32,000 nucleotides of DNA from Candidatus Harpocratesius repetitus (GCA_021498095.1 JAIZWK010000001.1:2010001-2042000); one strand, 5' to 3'; counted from the stretch's first letter, positions 18,186-26,538 are shown. Made by a program: numbers and translations. Notes: generated by a model not told the origin, from the letters alone.

Positions 18186-19337
18186 TTAGATTCTGTTTTT
18201 ATATTTCCAAATTCCAAAAATAATTAAAGATACTGCAATAACACATCCTGCAACAATTCCAACGATTGCCCAAGGATTAGTTGATAATTGCCAAATCTCT
18301 TCATTCATCACAGCATTTTTGGAAGAACTGAAAGCATCAGAATCAAACGTTAAGATAACTTTCACTGCATAATACGATAATTTAGCAGATGAAATTGCAT
18401 CTGAACTATCTACATTTACATCGGCAAATCCATAATCAACTGGATTCTGTCGGGATAAAACCCAAGTAAATGTTTCATCATGTAATGGTTGATCCAAAAT
18501 GGTTAAAGTATTTACTGCATAATAAGTCAACATTAAAGAACTTTGCACAATACCTGATTGAATGCCATAACCTCCGTAATGTTTTCCAGCACTCTGATCT
18601 CCAAAGTAATAACTTTCAATATACGTTGTTATTCCATCAATCTGGCTCGAATTTAACTGGCTTAATAAATTCAATTCGTTTAATATTGCAACTGCATAAT
18701 AAGTATCAATTAACGATGCTTCTGCTCCTGGTGCGGATGCGAAAGCCAATTCTTCTGAATTCCAAGCACTTAAAACAAATGCTGCAATATCTGTCGGAGA
18801 AGTTTCATTAATTTTACCGAAGGATGTGAGTAATTTAACCGCAAAGAAGGTATCTGATAAGGTAGGCATTTTTGCACTTATACTCGCAAAGCCAGAATTG
18901 GTTTCATTTTGTAAATCGAATAGTTTTGTGGTTGCATCTTCAATTAATGTGGTGGTAAAATTAGTATCAACCAGTAATCCTGCAAAATATGCATAATAAA
19001 CTTGTGAAATAATTCCTACTCCTACATCTGAGAATTGTAAATAACGATCGCGTAAATAACTTCGAATAATACCTTGATCGTTTAGATTGTTTAATTCAGG
19101 ATCAATTTGCGATAAAATGAATAAATTTGCATAGGTGGTAAATTCTGAAAGGGTCGCTTCGTTATCCCCATTTCCGGAGGGTGAATCAAGAAATGCCCCT
19201 GAAGAATGCTGATTACTGAGGCAAAATTGTTCCAGTAATTCTTTCCGTGAAGTTGCTACAGCGTATTGTGCGGATAGAATCAGAGAGAACATAAATGTTA
19301 TTGATATTAATATCGTTAATTGGTGACGACGTTTCAT
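18186..19337 (-). CDS. Prenyltransferase/squalene-oxidase-repeat (alpha/alpha barrel) protein with signal peptide and C-terminal TM anchor
   Basis: Repeats Q-x(3-5)-G-[FY]-[AG]...[DT]-T-[FY]-[FY]-A-V (QNETNSGFA..DTFFAV; FASAPG..DTYYAV; GGYG..LTYYAV; QNPVDYGFA..LSYYAV). N-terminal MKRR plus hydrophobic signal; C-terminal TM followed by KYKNR. Confidence 0.8.
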   Translation of the reverse strand: MKRRHQLTILISITFMFSLILSAQYAVATSRKELLEQFCLSNQHSSGAFLDSPSGNGDNEATLSEFTTYANLFILSQIDPELNNLNDQGIIRSYLRDRYLQFSDVGVGIISQVYYAYFAGLLVDTNFTTTLIEDATTKLFDLQNETNSGFASISAKMPTLSDTFFAVKLLTSFGKINETSPTDIAAFVLSAWNSEELAFASAPGAEASLIDTYYAVAILNELNLLSQLNSSQIDGITTYIESYYFGDQSAGKHYGGYGIQSGIVQSSLMLTYYAVNTLTILDQPLHDETFTWVLSRQNPVDYGFADVNVDSSDAISSAKLSYYAVKVILTFDSDAFSSSKNAVMNEEIWQLSTNPWAIVGIVAGCVIAVSLIIFGIWKYKNRI

Positions 19338-19417
19338 TTTTCCGAAACCTAACTTTTAATTCTAGATTTGTGCCTTAAAATCAACGATTGATTTTAAAAA
19401 GTGTGGTATTAACCATT

Positions 19418-19449
19418 TAAAATGAAGAAAAGAACCTCCTAATGGAGGT
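19418..19449 (-). terminator. Putative hairpin plus U-rich terminator downstream of the actin-related gene
   Basis: Perfect stem ACCTCC-TAAT-GGAGGT (19434-19449), followed on the minus strand by TCTTTTCTTCATTTT, ~10 nt after the stop codon. Confidence 0.45.
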
Positions 19450-19458
19450 GTGGAGGGG

Positions 19459-21117
19459 TTATTTTGTAAATACTTTGCTGAAATCAACGATACAAGAATT
19501 TGGATTTTCAGTAAAGGTTTGATAAGAAATCATGAATTTTCTGAATGAAGGAAGCGCTCCTAAAATTGCTGCTCCTCGATAAGCCGCGTAAATTCTACTT
19601 GGAGGAAGAATTACATTAACAATAAGTTCATCTTTATGTTTTTCTTCAAATTCTTCGTCTAATTGAATTATCTCTTCTAATTCTTCACTATCATATTCGG
19701 ATTCTATTGAACTTGTTATTTCTGCAAATTCGTTATTATCAACGTCTGTTTTTTTAAGTAATCGCTTTTCTTTTCGATCAATTTTTTCTTCAATAATAAT
19801 CGGATCTAATTTTTCACCACATTTATTACAGAAAGAAGATTCTCCATCTAATATTTTGCCACAATAAGGACATTTTGTAGGATAATGTTGCTTTGCAGCT
19901 CCTATTATATCAATTTGAGGAACTAAGGTTTGTTTAAGATCAGCGCCACAAAACGGACAGAACTCGCTTTCTTCGAAATTTACTATTTCTCCACATTTTG
20001 GACAATTCCCTTCCTTTAAAGAACTTTTACCATCGAGTTGAACCATTTTTTGCTTTTCTTCAAAAAGTGGTATATTTTCTTTTTCTTGTTTAGATTTAGA
20101 TTCATCTTTAGGTATTCGTGCTTTTAAGGTCTCTAAAGATGCTTTAATCTCTTGGATTAATCGTTCCTTAAACCCTGTGATTAATGAAGTTCCTCCAGTT
20201 AGGACTATATTTTGAAGAAGTGGTTTAATATAATGTGGATTTACTAGTAATAATGAGTTAATTACTGCCTGAGCAATACTTTCTGTCTGAGGAGTAATTA
20301 GTTCAGGATGAAATAAGACTTCTGCTGCATTGATAATAATATTTTCATATATATGAAGTGTTTCTCCATCTGGAAGCATGTAATCTACTGCATTGACCGG
20401 ATCTTGAGATGCGCTTATTGGATCAAGACTGATTCGTAAACACTTCTCTTTAATATCTTTAAGTATTTCTCGTTTTTGAAAAATTCCATATTGTGTAAGT
20501 AATTGATTAAGGTATTCTTCAATATCAGATCCTGCAATATTTAATCTACGAATACTTGGTGAATATAATTGAGCATCCATAACTGGTGTGATTGAAGAAA
20601 TTCCTGTGCCGATCTCAACAGATAACCCTGTAGTAAGTCCGATTGAGAATACGGCTGTTGTTGCAGAGTCAATTATCGCAACTTTATTAAATCTATGTGT
20701 TTCAAATAAAAGACGGGCAAAATATTGTGCAATATCTGGAGGAGTTAGTGGTGGAACGATATACACAACATTATATTGAGAAGGATCTTCTATTCTAAGA
20801 ATATTATAGAATATATGATTTAAAATTGCATAATAGTGATCCCAATTTGTAACATTTCCACGGTGAATTGGGTAATCAAGTTTTAATACACCACGCATCC
20901 TGATGGTATCATCACCGACATAAATTTCTTGCGACTGAGTTCCTGCCATTTGGCGATATTTAGGTGTTCCAACAACAGTTGGAAAGACCGCTCTGGGTCT
21001 ATCTTCACCCACAAATCCAACCTTGGTGAACCCTTCTCCTATATCCATGATTATTGTGTATTCATTGTAACTCAATATATTACCACCGAAAGTTGATTTC
21101 TTCCCCTTTATTATCAT
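19459..21117 (-). CDS. Actin-related protein (Asgard ARP) with a double zinc-ribbon/acidic insertion
   Basis: DIGEGFTKVG (phosphate 1), PRAVFPTVVG, YPI..G.VTNWD, EIGTG (phosphate 2), LPDG, AEVLFHP, NIVLTGGTSL, PPSRIYAAYRGAAIL: colinear with eukaryotic actin. About 170 extra residues contain CPKC-CPFC and CPYC-CNKC. Confidence 0.93.
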   Translation of the reverse strand: MIIKGKKSTFGGNILSYNEYTIIMDIGEGFTKVGFVGEDRPRAVFPTVVGTPKYRQMAGTQSQEIYVGDDTIRMRGVLKLDYPIHRGNVTNWDHYYAILNHIFYNILRIEDPSQYNVVYIVPPLTPPDIAQYFARLLFETHRFNKVAIIDSATTAVFSIGLTTGLSVEIGTGISSITPVMDAQLYSPSIRRLNIAGSDIEEYLNQLLTQYGIFQKREILKDIKEKCLRISLDPISASQDPVNAVDYMLPDGETLHIYENIIINAAEVLFHPELITPQTESIAQAVINSLLLVNPHYIKPLLQNIVLTGGTSLITGFKERLIQEIKASLETLKARIPKDESKSKQEKENIPLFEEKQKMVQLDGKSSLKEGNCPKCGEIVNFEESEFCPFCGADLKQTLVPQIDIIGAAKQHYPTKCPYCGKILDGESSFCNKCGEKLDPIIIEEKIDRKEKRLLKKTDVDNNEFAEITSSIESEYDSEELEEIIQLDEEFEEKHKDELIVNVILPPSRIYAAYRGAAILGALPSFRKFMISYQTFTENPNSCIVDFSKVFTK

Positions 21118-21197
21118 ATATTTGGATTATTTTTCTATTAATTCTTTCGTAAGAATTTAATCATTCCTTTTTTTTTAAGTGGAATCTTGATTTTTAT

Positions 21198-21602
21198 TTA
21201 TTCAAATATTTTCTTTTTCGAGAATTCTTTCATCTTTTCTGATTCATGTATTAAAAAATTATCAACATCCTTAGAAATAATCTCATACAAATGTAGTAAA
21301 TATTTCCCCCATTCAGTTAATTCAACCATGCCTCCTCCTCCTGCCCCTCCTTTTTTCGTAATGACAACTTTTTTTCCTGTTTTTTTCGAGATTTTCCGTA
21401 ATTTATCCCATCCGTATTTATAAGAATAGTTTAAAGATTTTGTTGCTTGGGTGAGATTTTGTGTGCGCTTTAACTCAGAGAGTAATTTGATATCGCCCTT
21501 TCCTATAGTAAAATCTCCTTCACCTTGAATCCAAAATTTGAGGTGGAGAGAAAAGTTTCCAAGAGGAGATGAAAATTCCTTTTTTTTAATCTCACTTTCC
21601 AT
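21198..21602 (-). CDS. ModE-like winged-helix transcriptional regulator (N-terminal domain only)
   Basis: IGKGDIKLLSEL...QNLTQATKSLNYSYKYGWDKL...KKGGAGGGGMVELTEWG, typical of COG2005. No TOBE/molybdate-binding domain. Confidence 0.85.
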   Translation of the reverse strand: MESEIKKKEFSSPLGNFSLHLKFWIQGEGDFTIGKGDIKLLSELKRTQNLTQATKSLNYSYKYGWDKLRKISKKTGKKVVITKKGGAGGGGMVELTEWGKYLLHLYEIISKDVDNFLIHESEKMKEFSKKKIFE

Positions 21603-21675
21603 AAAAAGATCTCAGTGAAGTATCTTAAAAATTAGCTTGTTCTAATAGTGAGTAAAAAGAAGAAAAAAATAGATA

Positions 21676-22374
21676 TTAGTTTAAGAAATCTGAAAGCATT
21701 ATTCTGTTTTGAGAAATAAATTTTGATCCAAATCCTTGAATCTCTTCAATTTTATTCGGCTCGTCGATTATTGTGCGAATAATCGTATAAGGGGAATCGA
21801 AAATTTCAAGCAATTTTTCTGCTTTCTTCTTTCCACAATTCAGCAATCCTTGGATAAAATTGATTTGAGCATCTGCTAAATATACATTCTTTCCTGAAAT
21901 TCGGGAAATTGTTGGTGGTTTATCAGATATTTGTTCCCTATGTGCAATTCGTAGCAGAATTTCAATTGAATCTTCAATTTTTCTTGAAGGAATAAAAGTT
22001 GGTAGTATGTCTGAAGATCGATTTACTTCAAAAAAAAGCAGAAAAAGTAAATTTTGGAATTTTTCATTCGTAGAATCGCCCCATCTTTGAAAATTTTCTG
22101 CAATGATTATACCCATTGGATGTTGATATAAAAATTGCTTAATGTATTTCAAGAGATTATCGATTTTTTTAGGACGCAAATCATTGCTATTTAATAAGAA
22201 TACTGCACCATTTGGTGGAATTAGAAAAATTTTTTCAGAAATTGTACTAAAAGAAACGCTGACGCCAAGATTACGCAAAATTTGAACTATTTTTTGCTGT
22301 GATTGAGTAAGAGAAGTTCCAATTTGTATACGATATTGAGAATATTCACTAGATGGATTATGAGAAAACGGCAT
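21676..22374 (-). CDS. Catalytically degenerate ERCC4-fold protein with (HhH)2 domain (ERCC1/EME1-like paralog of the adjacent XPF)
   Basis: Colinear with the neighbour 22453-23187 (IAHREQ vs LAKKEQ; QINFIQGLLNCG vs QEYFIQGLVDVG; IQGFGSK vs ISGIGPK), but GDY...ERKxxxD is replaced by KIF...VFLLNSND. Confidence 0.72.
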   Translation of the reverse strand: MPFSHNPSSEYSQYRIQIGTSLTQSQQKIVQILRNLGVSVSFSTISEKIFLIPPNGAVFLLNSNDLRPKKIDNLLKYIKQFLYQHPMGIIIAENFQRWGDSTNEKFQNLLFLLFFEVNRSSDILPTFIPSRKIEDSIEILLRIAHREQISDKPPTISRISGKNVYLADAQINFIQGLLNCGKKKAEKLLEIFDSPYTIIRTIIDEPNKIEEIQGFGSKFISQNRIMLSDFLN

Positions 22375-22452
22375 TGGTTATATTTAACTAAGCTTTTATA
22401 GGAAAAAATATTCTCTTTTCTAACTTTAAAGAATATTGGAGAAAATCATTTT
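22375..22452. promoter_or_regulatory. Short divergent promoter region between the ERCC1-like and XPF-like genes
   Basis: 78-bp head-to-head spacer. TATAAAAG on the minus strand at 22393-22400, TTTAAA at 22425-22430, and inverted repeat AATATTCT-N15-AGAATATT (22407-22437). Confidence 0.45.
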
Positions 22453-23187
22453 ATGGGAATTAAAATCATTATGGATGAGCGTGAAAGGGGTGAAATTCGA
22501 TCCCAAATGCAATCTTTGCCTATAGATCTTGAAATTCAGACTTTAGATTTCGGTGATTATATTATTTCATCCCGTTGTGCAATTGAACGAAAGCGTGGTG
22601 ATGATTTTGTATCCAGTATTTTTGATCAACGCCTCTTTTTACAGCTCGAGAAATTGAAAAATGCATATCCGCATCCTATTATGATTTTAGAAAACCCTAA
22701 GCGTTTATTTGAGCGGAAATTTGTCAATCCAAAGGCAATTTATGGCGCTTTAATTTATGTAAGCACTAGACTTCAAATTCCTGTGATTCCCACAAAAGAT
22801 GAAGTTCACACTGCAAACATTCTTTTTCAACTTGCTAAAAAGGAGCAAGAAAATGAGACATTTGGAGATGATATATTCGTTCCACAGATTTTTACTGATG
22901 GGATTGTTTCTCGAGGGGATCAAGAGTATTTTATTCAAGGTTTAGTTGATGTGGGAATTCAACGAGCTAATCAATTTCTCGATTTTTTTCAAACACCTGA
23001 ACACATTCTATACGCGTTTGAATTAACAAATGTATCTCGCACAAAATCAGGAAAACCCAAAGGAATTTCTGGAGTTTTAGGTTCCATTTCTGGAATTGGA
23101 CCGAAATTAGTCGAAAGAAATAAGATCTTATTACATTATTCTTATAAACAAGCAAAAAAAGAAAAGCGTAAAACAAAAATTATTTAA
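22453..23187 (+). CDS. xpf: XPF/Mus81-family (ERCC4) structure-specific endonuclease with (HhH)2 domain, short helicase-less form
   Basis: MDERE, GDYIIS...IERKRGDDFVSSIFDQRLF (GDx(n)ERKxxxD active site) and two HhH motifs (GLVDVG, SGIGPK). Confidence 0.92.
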   Translation: MGIKIIMDERERGEIRSQMQSLPIDLEIQTLDFGDYIISSRCAIERKRGDDFVSSIFDQRLFLQLEKLKNAYPHPIMILENPKRLFERKFVNPKAIYGALIYVSTRLQIPVIPTKDEVHTANILFQLAKKEQENETFGDDIFVPQIFTDGIVSRGDQEYFIQGLVDVGIQRANQFLDFFQTPEHILYAFELTNVSRTKSGKPKGISGVLGSISGIGPKLVERNKILLHYSYKQAKKEKRKTKII

Positions 23188-23252
23188 TAAGTGATAAACG
23201 AGAAAAATCGCTATCAAATAATTTTTATTGGATATTTTATTGAAATGTTAAA

Positions 23253-23894
23253 ATGATGAAATTAATGGCAGTAAAAAAGATAATAACACCTATTATTACT
23301 GTAATTGCAATTATTGCTTTATTTCTTGTCTTACCAGGTGATATCCCTTGGTTTTCATATCAATCACAGAATGAAATTTGGTTAATAAAGCTTATATCGC
23401 ATCCCTGGGGATGGTTGATTGGTTCATTTTTTGTCTTTCTCTTGTTTACTGAAATATTGACACATTATAATCAAAAATATAGATTTGTGGATGTAACTAA
23501 AAGTTCATTTTTAACAGCTGTTGTAGAACGCGATTTTTTTGGATTGCTAATTCAATTTCCAAGTATTATTTTATTTGAAGAAATTCTTTTTAGAGGAATC
23601 TTATTAGTAGAGTTAAATTTAATATTTAATGGAATTGGATGCATTTTAATCAGTTCATCCATTTTTAGCATATATCACTTGCATATTTATTTTTCTTCAA
23701 GACAATGGGGAATAACTTTTTTGTATATAATCTTGAGTTTTATTTTAGGAATAGTATTAGCTACCTTCTTTCCTTTTATTGGTATTATCGGTACTTGGAT
23801 TTATCACCTAATTGCAGTTAGTGCCATTTACTTTCGTTGGTACTTGATAGAAAGGAAAAATATGGCCAATAAAGAAGAAAAAGAAGAAGAATAA
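23253..23894 (+). CDS. CPBP/Abi (CAAX protease, Rce1-like) intramembrane glutamic endopeptidase
   Basis: FEEILFRG, FSIYHL and WIYHL motifs within a multi-TM protein. Confidence 0.88.
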   Translation: MMKLMAVKKIITPIITVIAIIALFLVLPGDIPWFSYQSQNEIWLIKLISHPWGWLIGSFFVFLLFTEILTHYNQKYRFVDVTKSSFLTAVVERDFFGLLIQFPSIILFEEILFRGILLVELNLIFNGIGCILISSSIFSIYHLHIYFSSRQWGITFLYIILSFILGIVLATFFPFIGIIGTWIYHLIAVSAIYFRWYLIERKNMANKEEKEEE

Positions 23895-23917
23895 AAAATT
23901 GTCAAATAAAAAAGGGG

Positions 23918-24595
23918 TTATTGTCCCACTTCGCTCAATATTTTGGAAATAATCTGATGGAAATTTGAATTTTCATGAATTCCTTCATTTGTGTCCGAAC
24001 TACGAATTACATTTATGATTGCAATATCTGCTCCATTAAAATATGCAGTTCGAACACGAAGTGGGACTAATCCACCTGCAACACTAATGAAGACATCATA
24101 TTTACCTCTGATTTTTGAAATGTCCCGATAACGAATAATTGAACGTGCTACAGATTCTTCATCTCGACCTTTATGAATAACAACACAATCTGGTTTTGCT
24201 TTTAAAGGTTGAAGCCGTTTCATTGGATCAGAAACCCCTAACATATCGATCATCGAATAAACATTTCGAGTTCGACAAGTAGCAATAAAACGATCTAAAG
24301 TTGCTGTAGGTGAGCTTCCCATAGCTGTAATTGCTCCCGCTCCTGCATTTACCGCGAAATTGACTTCATCAACTGCACCATCTGTGATTTTCAAATCTGC
24401 TACAACAATCCCCCGCCACATACGGCGAATATATGAAATTCCGCGTACACCTTCTTTTTTAATATATGGAGTTCCTGCTTCTATCCAAATTCGTGGGTCA
24501 TATCTAATCTGGGGAAGTACTTTGCGAACCTGTCGTATATCATCATTAAAAGCTATTTGAATATATCTTCGATCGGGGGTTAAGCCCACAGGCAT
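23918..24595 (-). CDS. 3-hexulose-6-phosphate synthase / OMP-decarboxylase-fold enzyme (HUMPS family)
   Basis: IEAGTPYIKKEG, VVADLKITDG, IDMLGV, HKGRDEE and SVAGGL motifs, similar to the HPS domain of archaeal Fae-Hps. Confidence 0.82.
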   Translation of the reverse strand: MPVGLTPDRRYIQIAFNDDIRQVRKVLPQIRYDPRIWIEAGTPYIKKEGVRGISYIRRMWRGIVVADLKITDGAVDEVNFAVNAGAGAITAMGSSPTATLDRFIATCRTRNVYSMIDMLGVSDPMKRLQPLKAKPDCVVIHKGRDEESVARSIIRYRDISKIRGKYDVFISVAGGLVPLRVRTAYFNGADIAIINVIRSSDTNEGIHENSNFHQIISKILSEVGQ

Positions 24596-24608
24596 GATCC
24601 TTAACCTC

Positions 24609-25391
24609 CTATGATTTAAACGTTTTACTTAGTGTATCCATAACAGCTGGACCAACTCCGGTGCCAGAAGGCATGAAAATTACTATTTTCTCCGAAGGAT
24701 CTTGTGCAATATCTCGGATTGTTTGATACGCCCGTAACTGCAAAGCTCCTGGGTTTTTTGCCATTACTTCTGCGGCTTCAGCGAGTTTCTTTGCTGCTAT
24801 GAATTCCCCATCAGCTTTAATGATGGCTGCACGTTTATCACGTTCTGCTTCTGCTTGTTGAGCAAATGCACGCTTCATTTCTGCGGGTAATTCCATTTCT
24901 TGGATTTTAATTCCTCGAATATCAATTCCCCATTCACTTGTTTCCTTATCAACGATATTTTTAATATCTAATGCAATTTTGTCTCGATTTTGAAGGACTT
25001 CATCTAAATTCATAGTTCCCATTACGTCCCTTAAAGCTGCTTGGGTGTATTGTCGTACTGCATAGATAAAATTTTCAATTTTGATAACAGAATCTTCAGG
25101 CCTTTCAACTTTGAAATATACCACTGTATTGGCTAGAACGGGAATATTATCTACCGTCATCACTTCTTGGCGGGGAATATCTTGAGTGATTATTCGTAAA
25201 TCTACCTTTCTTGCTGTTTCAAGTATTGGAAGTACATAAACCAATCCCGGCCCAAGTGTACGCTTATATCTTCCAAGACGGAAAACTACCAATCGTTCAT
25301 ATTCATAAACGCTTTTCAATCCTGAAAATAGGATGCATAATAAGAATAAAAGCGCTATTCCAATAAATACAAATACTGTTCCTTCAGCCAT
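24609..25391 (-). CDS. SPFH/band-7 stomatin-like (slipin) membrane protein
   Basis: N-terminal TM, YERLVVFRLG, VDLRI, QEVMTVDN, LRDVMG, WGIDI, AEAERDKRA, ALQLR. Confidence 0.95.
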   Translation of the reverse strand: MAEGTVFVFIGIALLFLLCILFSGLKSVYEYERLVVFRLGRYKRTLGPGLVYVLPILETARKVDLRIITQDIPRQEVMTVDNIPVLANTVVYFKVERPEDSVIKIENFIYAVRQYTQAALRDVMGTMNLDEVLQNRDKIALDIKNIVDKETSEWGIDIRGIKIQEMELPAEMKRAFAQQAEAERDKRAAIIKADGEFIAAKKLAEAAEVMAKNPGALQLRAYQTIRDIAQDPSEKIVIFMPSGTGVGPAVMDTLSKTFKS

Positions 25392-25611
25392 TTTTGTTCA
25401 ACCTCAGTTCATTGATGAGAAAGTAGATGAGATCCATTTTGTTATCTCTATCTGTGTTTATGAACCTTCCATCAATGAATGATTAATTGATAATGACATC
25501 ATTTTTATATCATTGTGCTTCTTTAAATACTTCCAACAAAGAACCGAAATTTAATTATGCTTTATTGAGAAAATGATTATATAGTGAATTTTTTCATTTT
25601 ATGGTGTTAAT

Positions 25612-26538
25612 ATGAAACGTTATGATCGAACAAAACCATTGAATCTTCCCAGGTTTCGCCTTATAGAACCTCATGTTATGCGAACAAGGGATGAATCTAT
25701 AGGGTATTTTCGCTGTACTCTTAATTTAACGAAAACTCTGCCGTTTATTGAGCAGTATAATCGAGAGCATAATTTTGATAAAACCACTCGGTTGACTCTT
25801 TTCCATATAATACTATGTGCTACTGCGCGTACATTTGGATTATATCCCCATTTGAATCGATTTATCTCAGGACGCAAATATTGGCAGCACAATCGACTTC
25901 AATTCTCTTTTGTGGTTAAGAAAAAGCTTGAAGCTTATGCTAAAGAAACATTTGCAAAAATTGACTTTGATCCATTTGATACACTAGAAACGGTTCGAAA
26001 ACGCGTTCATGCTTTTATCTATGAAGCACGAACAGATAAAGGGAATGCAACCGAGAAAGAAATTGATGACTGGGGAAAATATCCTCGCTGGTTGCTTATG
26101 CTGGCAGTCAAAATCTTTCGTATACTTGAATTTTTTGGTAGAATGCCTAAAAGCCTTACAAAACCTGATCCACTTTATTCAAGTGTGATTTTTGCAAATT
26201 TAGGATCAGTAGGTCTTCCAGCGCCTTATCATCATATATTTGAGTGGGGGACTTCAAGTTGGTTCATTACTGTTGGAAAGATCCATAAAGCACCTGTTGT
26301 GAATGAGAAAGGTGAAGTCGTGGCTCAAGACACAGTTGAATTAGGAGTAACTGTTGATGAACGAATAAGTGAAGGGATGTATTACAATTTGGGTTTGAAG
26401 GCAATTACCGATTTTATCGAAAATCCTGAAAAATTAATCGATCCACCGGAGATTCCAGAAGAGAATCTGCGTGAATTAGCTTTGATCGATCGAGATAAAC
26501 GATTAGCCAAATGGGATAAAAAATATAAAAAAAAGTAG
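25612..26538 (+). CDS. Stand-alone 2-oxoacid dehydrogenase E2 catalytic-domain-like (CAT-fold) acyltransferase
   Basis: P.LNRFI.G, FANLGSVG and TVDERISEG (DHRxxDG site with H>E). No lipoyl or E3-binding domain. Confidence 0.78.
   Translation: MKRYDRTKPLNLPRFRLIEPHVMRTRDESIGYFRCTLNLTKTLPFIEQYNREHNFDKTTRLTLFHIILCATARTFGLYPHLNRFISGRKYWQHNRLQFSFVVKKKLEAYAKETFAKIDFDPFDTLETVRKRVHAFIYEARTDKGNATEKEIDDWGKYPRWLLMLAVKIFRILEFFGRMPKSLTKPDPLYSSVIFANLGSVGLPAPYHHIFEWGTSSWFITVGKIHKAPVVNEKGEVVAQDTVELGVTVDERISEGMYYNLGLKAITDFIENPEKLIDPPEIPEENLRELALIDRDKRLAKWDKKYKKK

Noticed and set aside
19459-21117. Calling this gene bona fide Lokiactin
   Set aside because: It is too divergent in the nucleotide-binding motifs and carries a large insertion, so it fits an actin-related paralog better.
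21198-21602. ModE-like gene as evidence of a molybdate regulon controlling the ARP
   Set aside because: It has no molybdate-binding domain and there are no mod genes nearby. Adjacency alone is insufficient.
18186-23894. Prenyltransferase-fold gene plus Rce1-like protease as a eukaryote-like CAAX prenylation pathway
   Set aside because: The genes are ~4 kb apart on opposite strands, the barrel protein appears extracellular, and CPBP proteases are ubiquitous. No alpha subunit or CAAX substrate is visible.
17175-24595. folD plus HPS-like gene as a formaldehyde/C1 operon
   Set aside because: They are separated by ~6 kb of unrelated genes, including genes on the opposite strand.
25408-25479. Hairpin as a SECIS element or C/D-box sRNA
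   Set aside because: There is no nearby in-frame UGA selenoprotein gene on the relevant strand, the plus-strand loop lacks the AA motif, and no properly spaced C/D plus C'/D' set was found.
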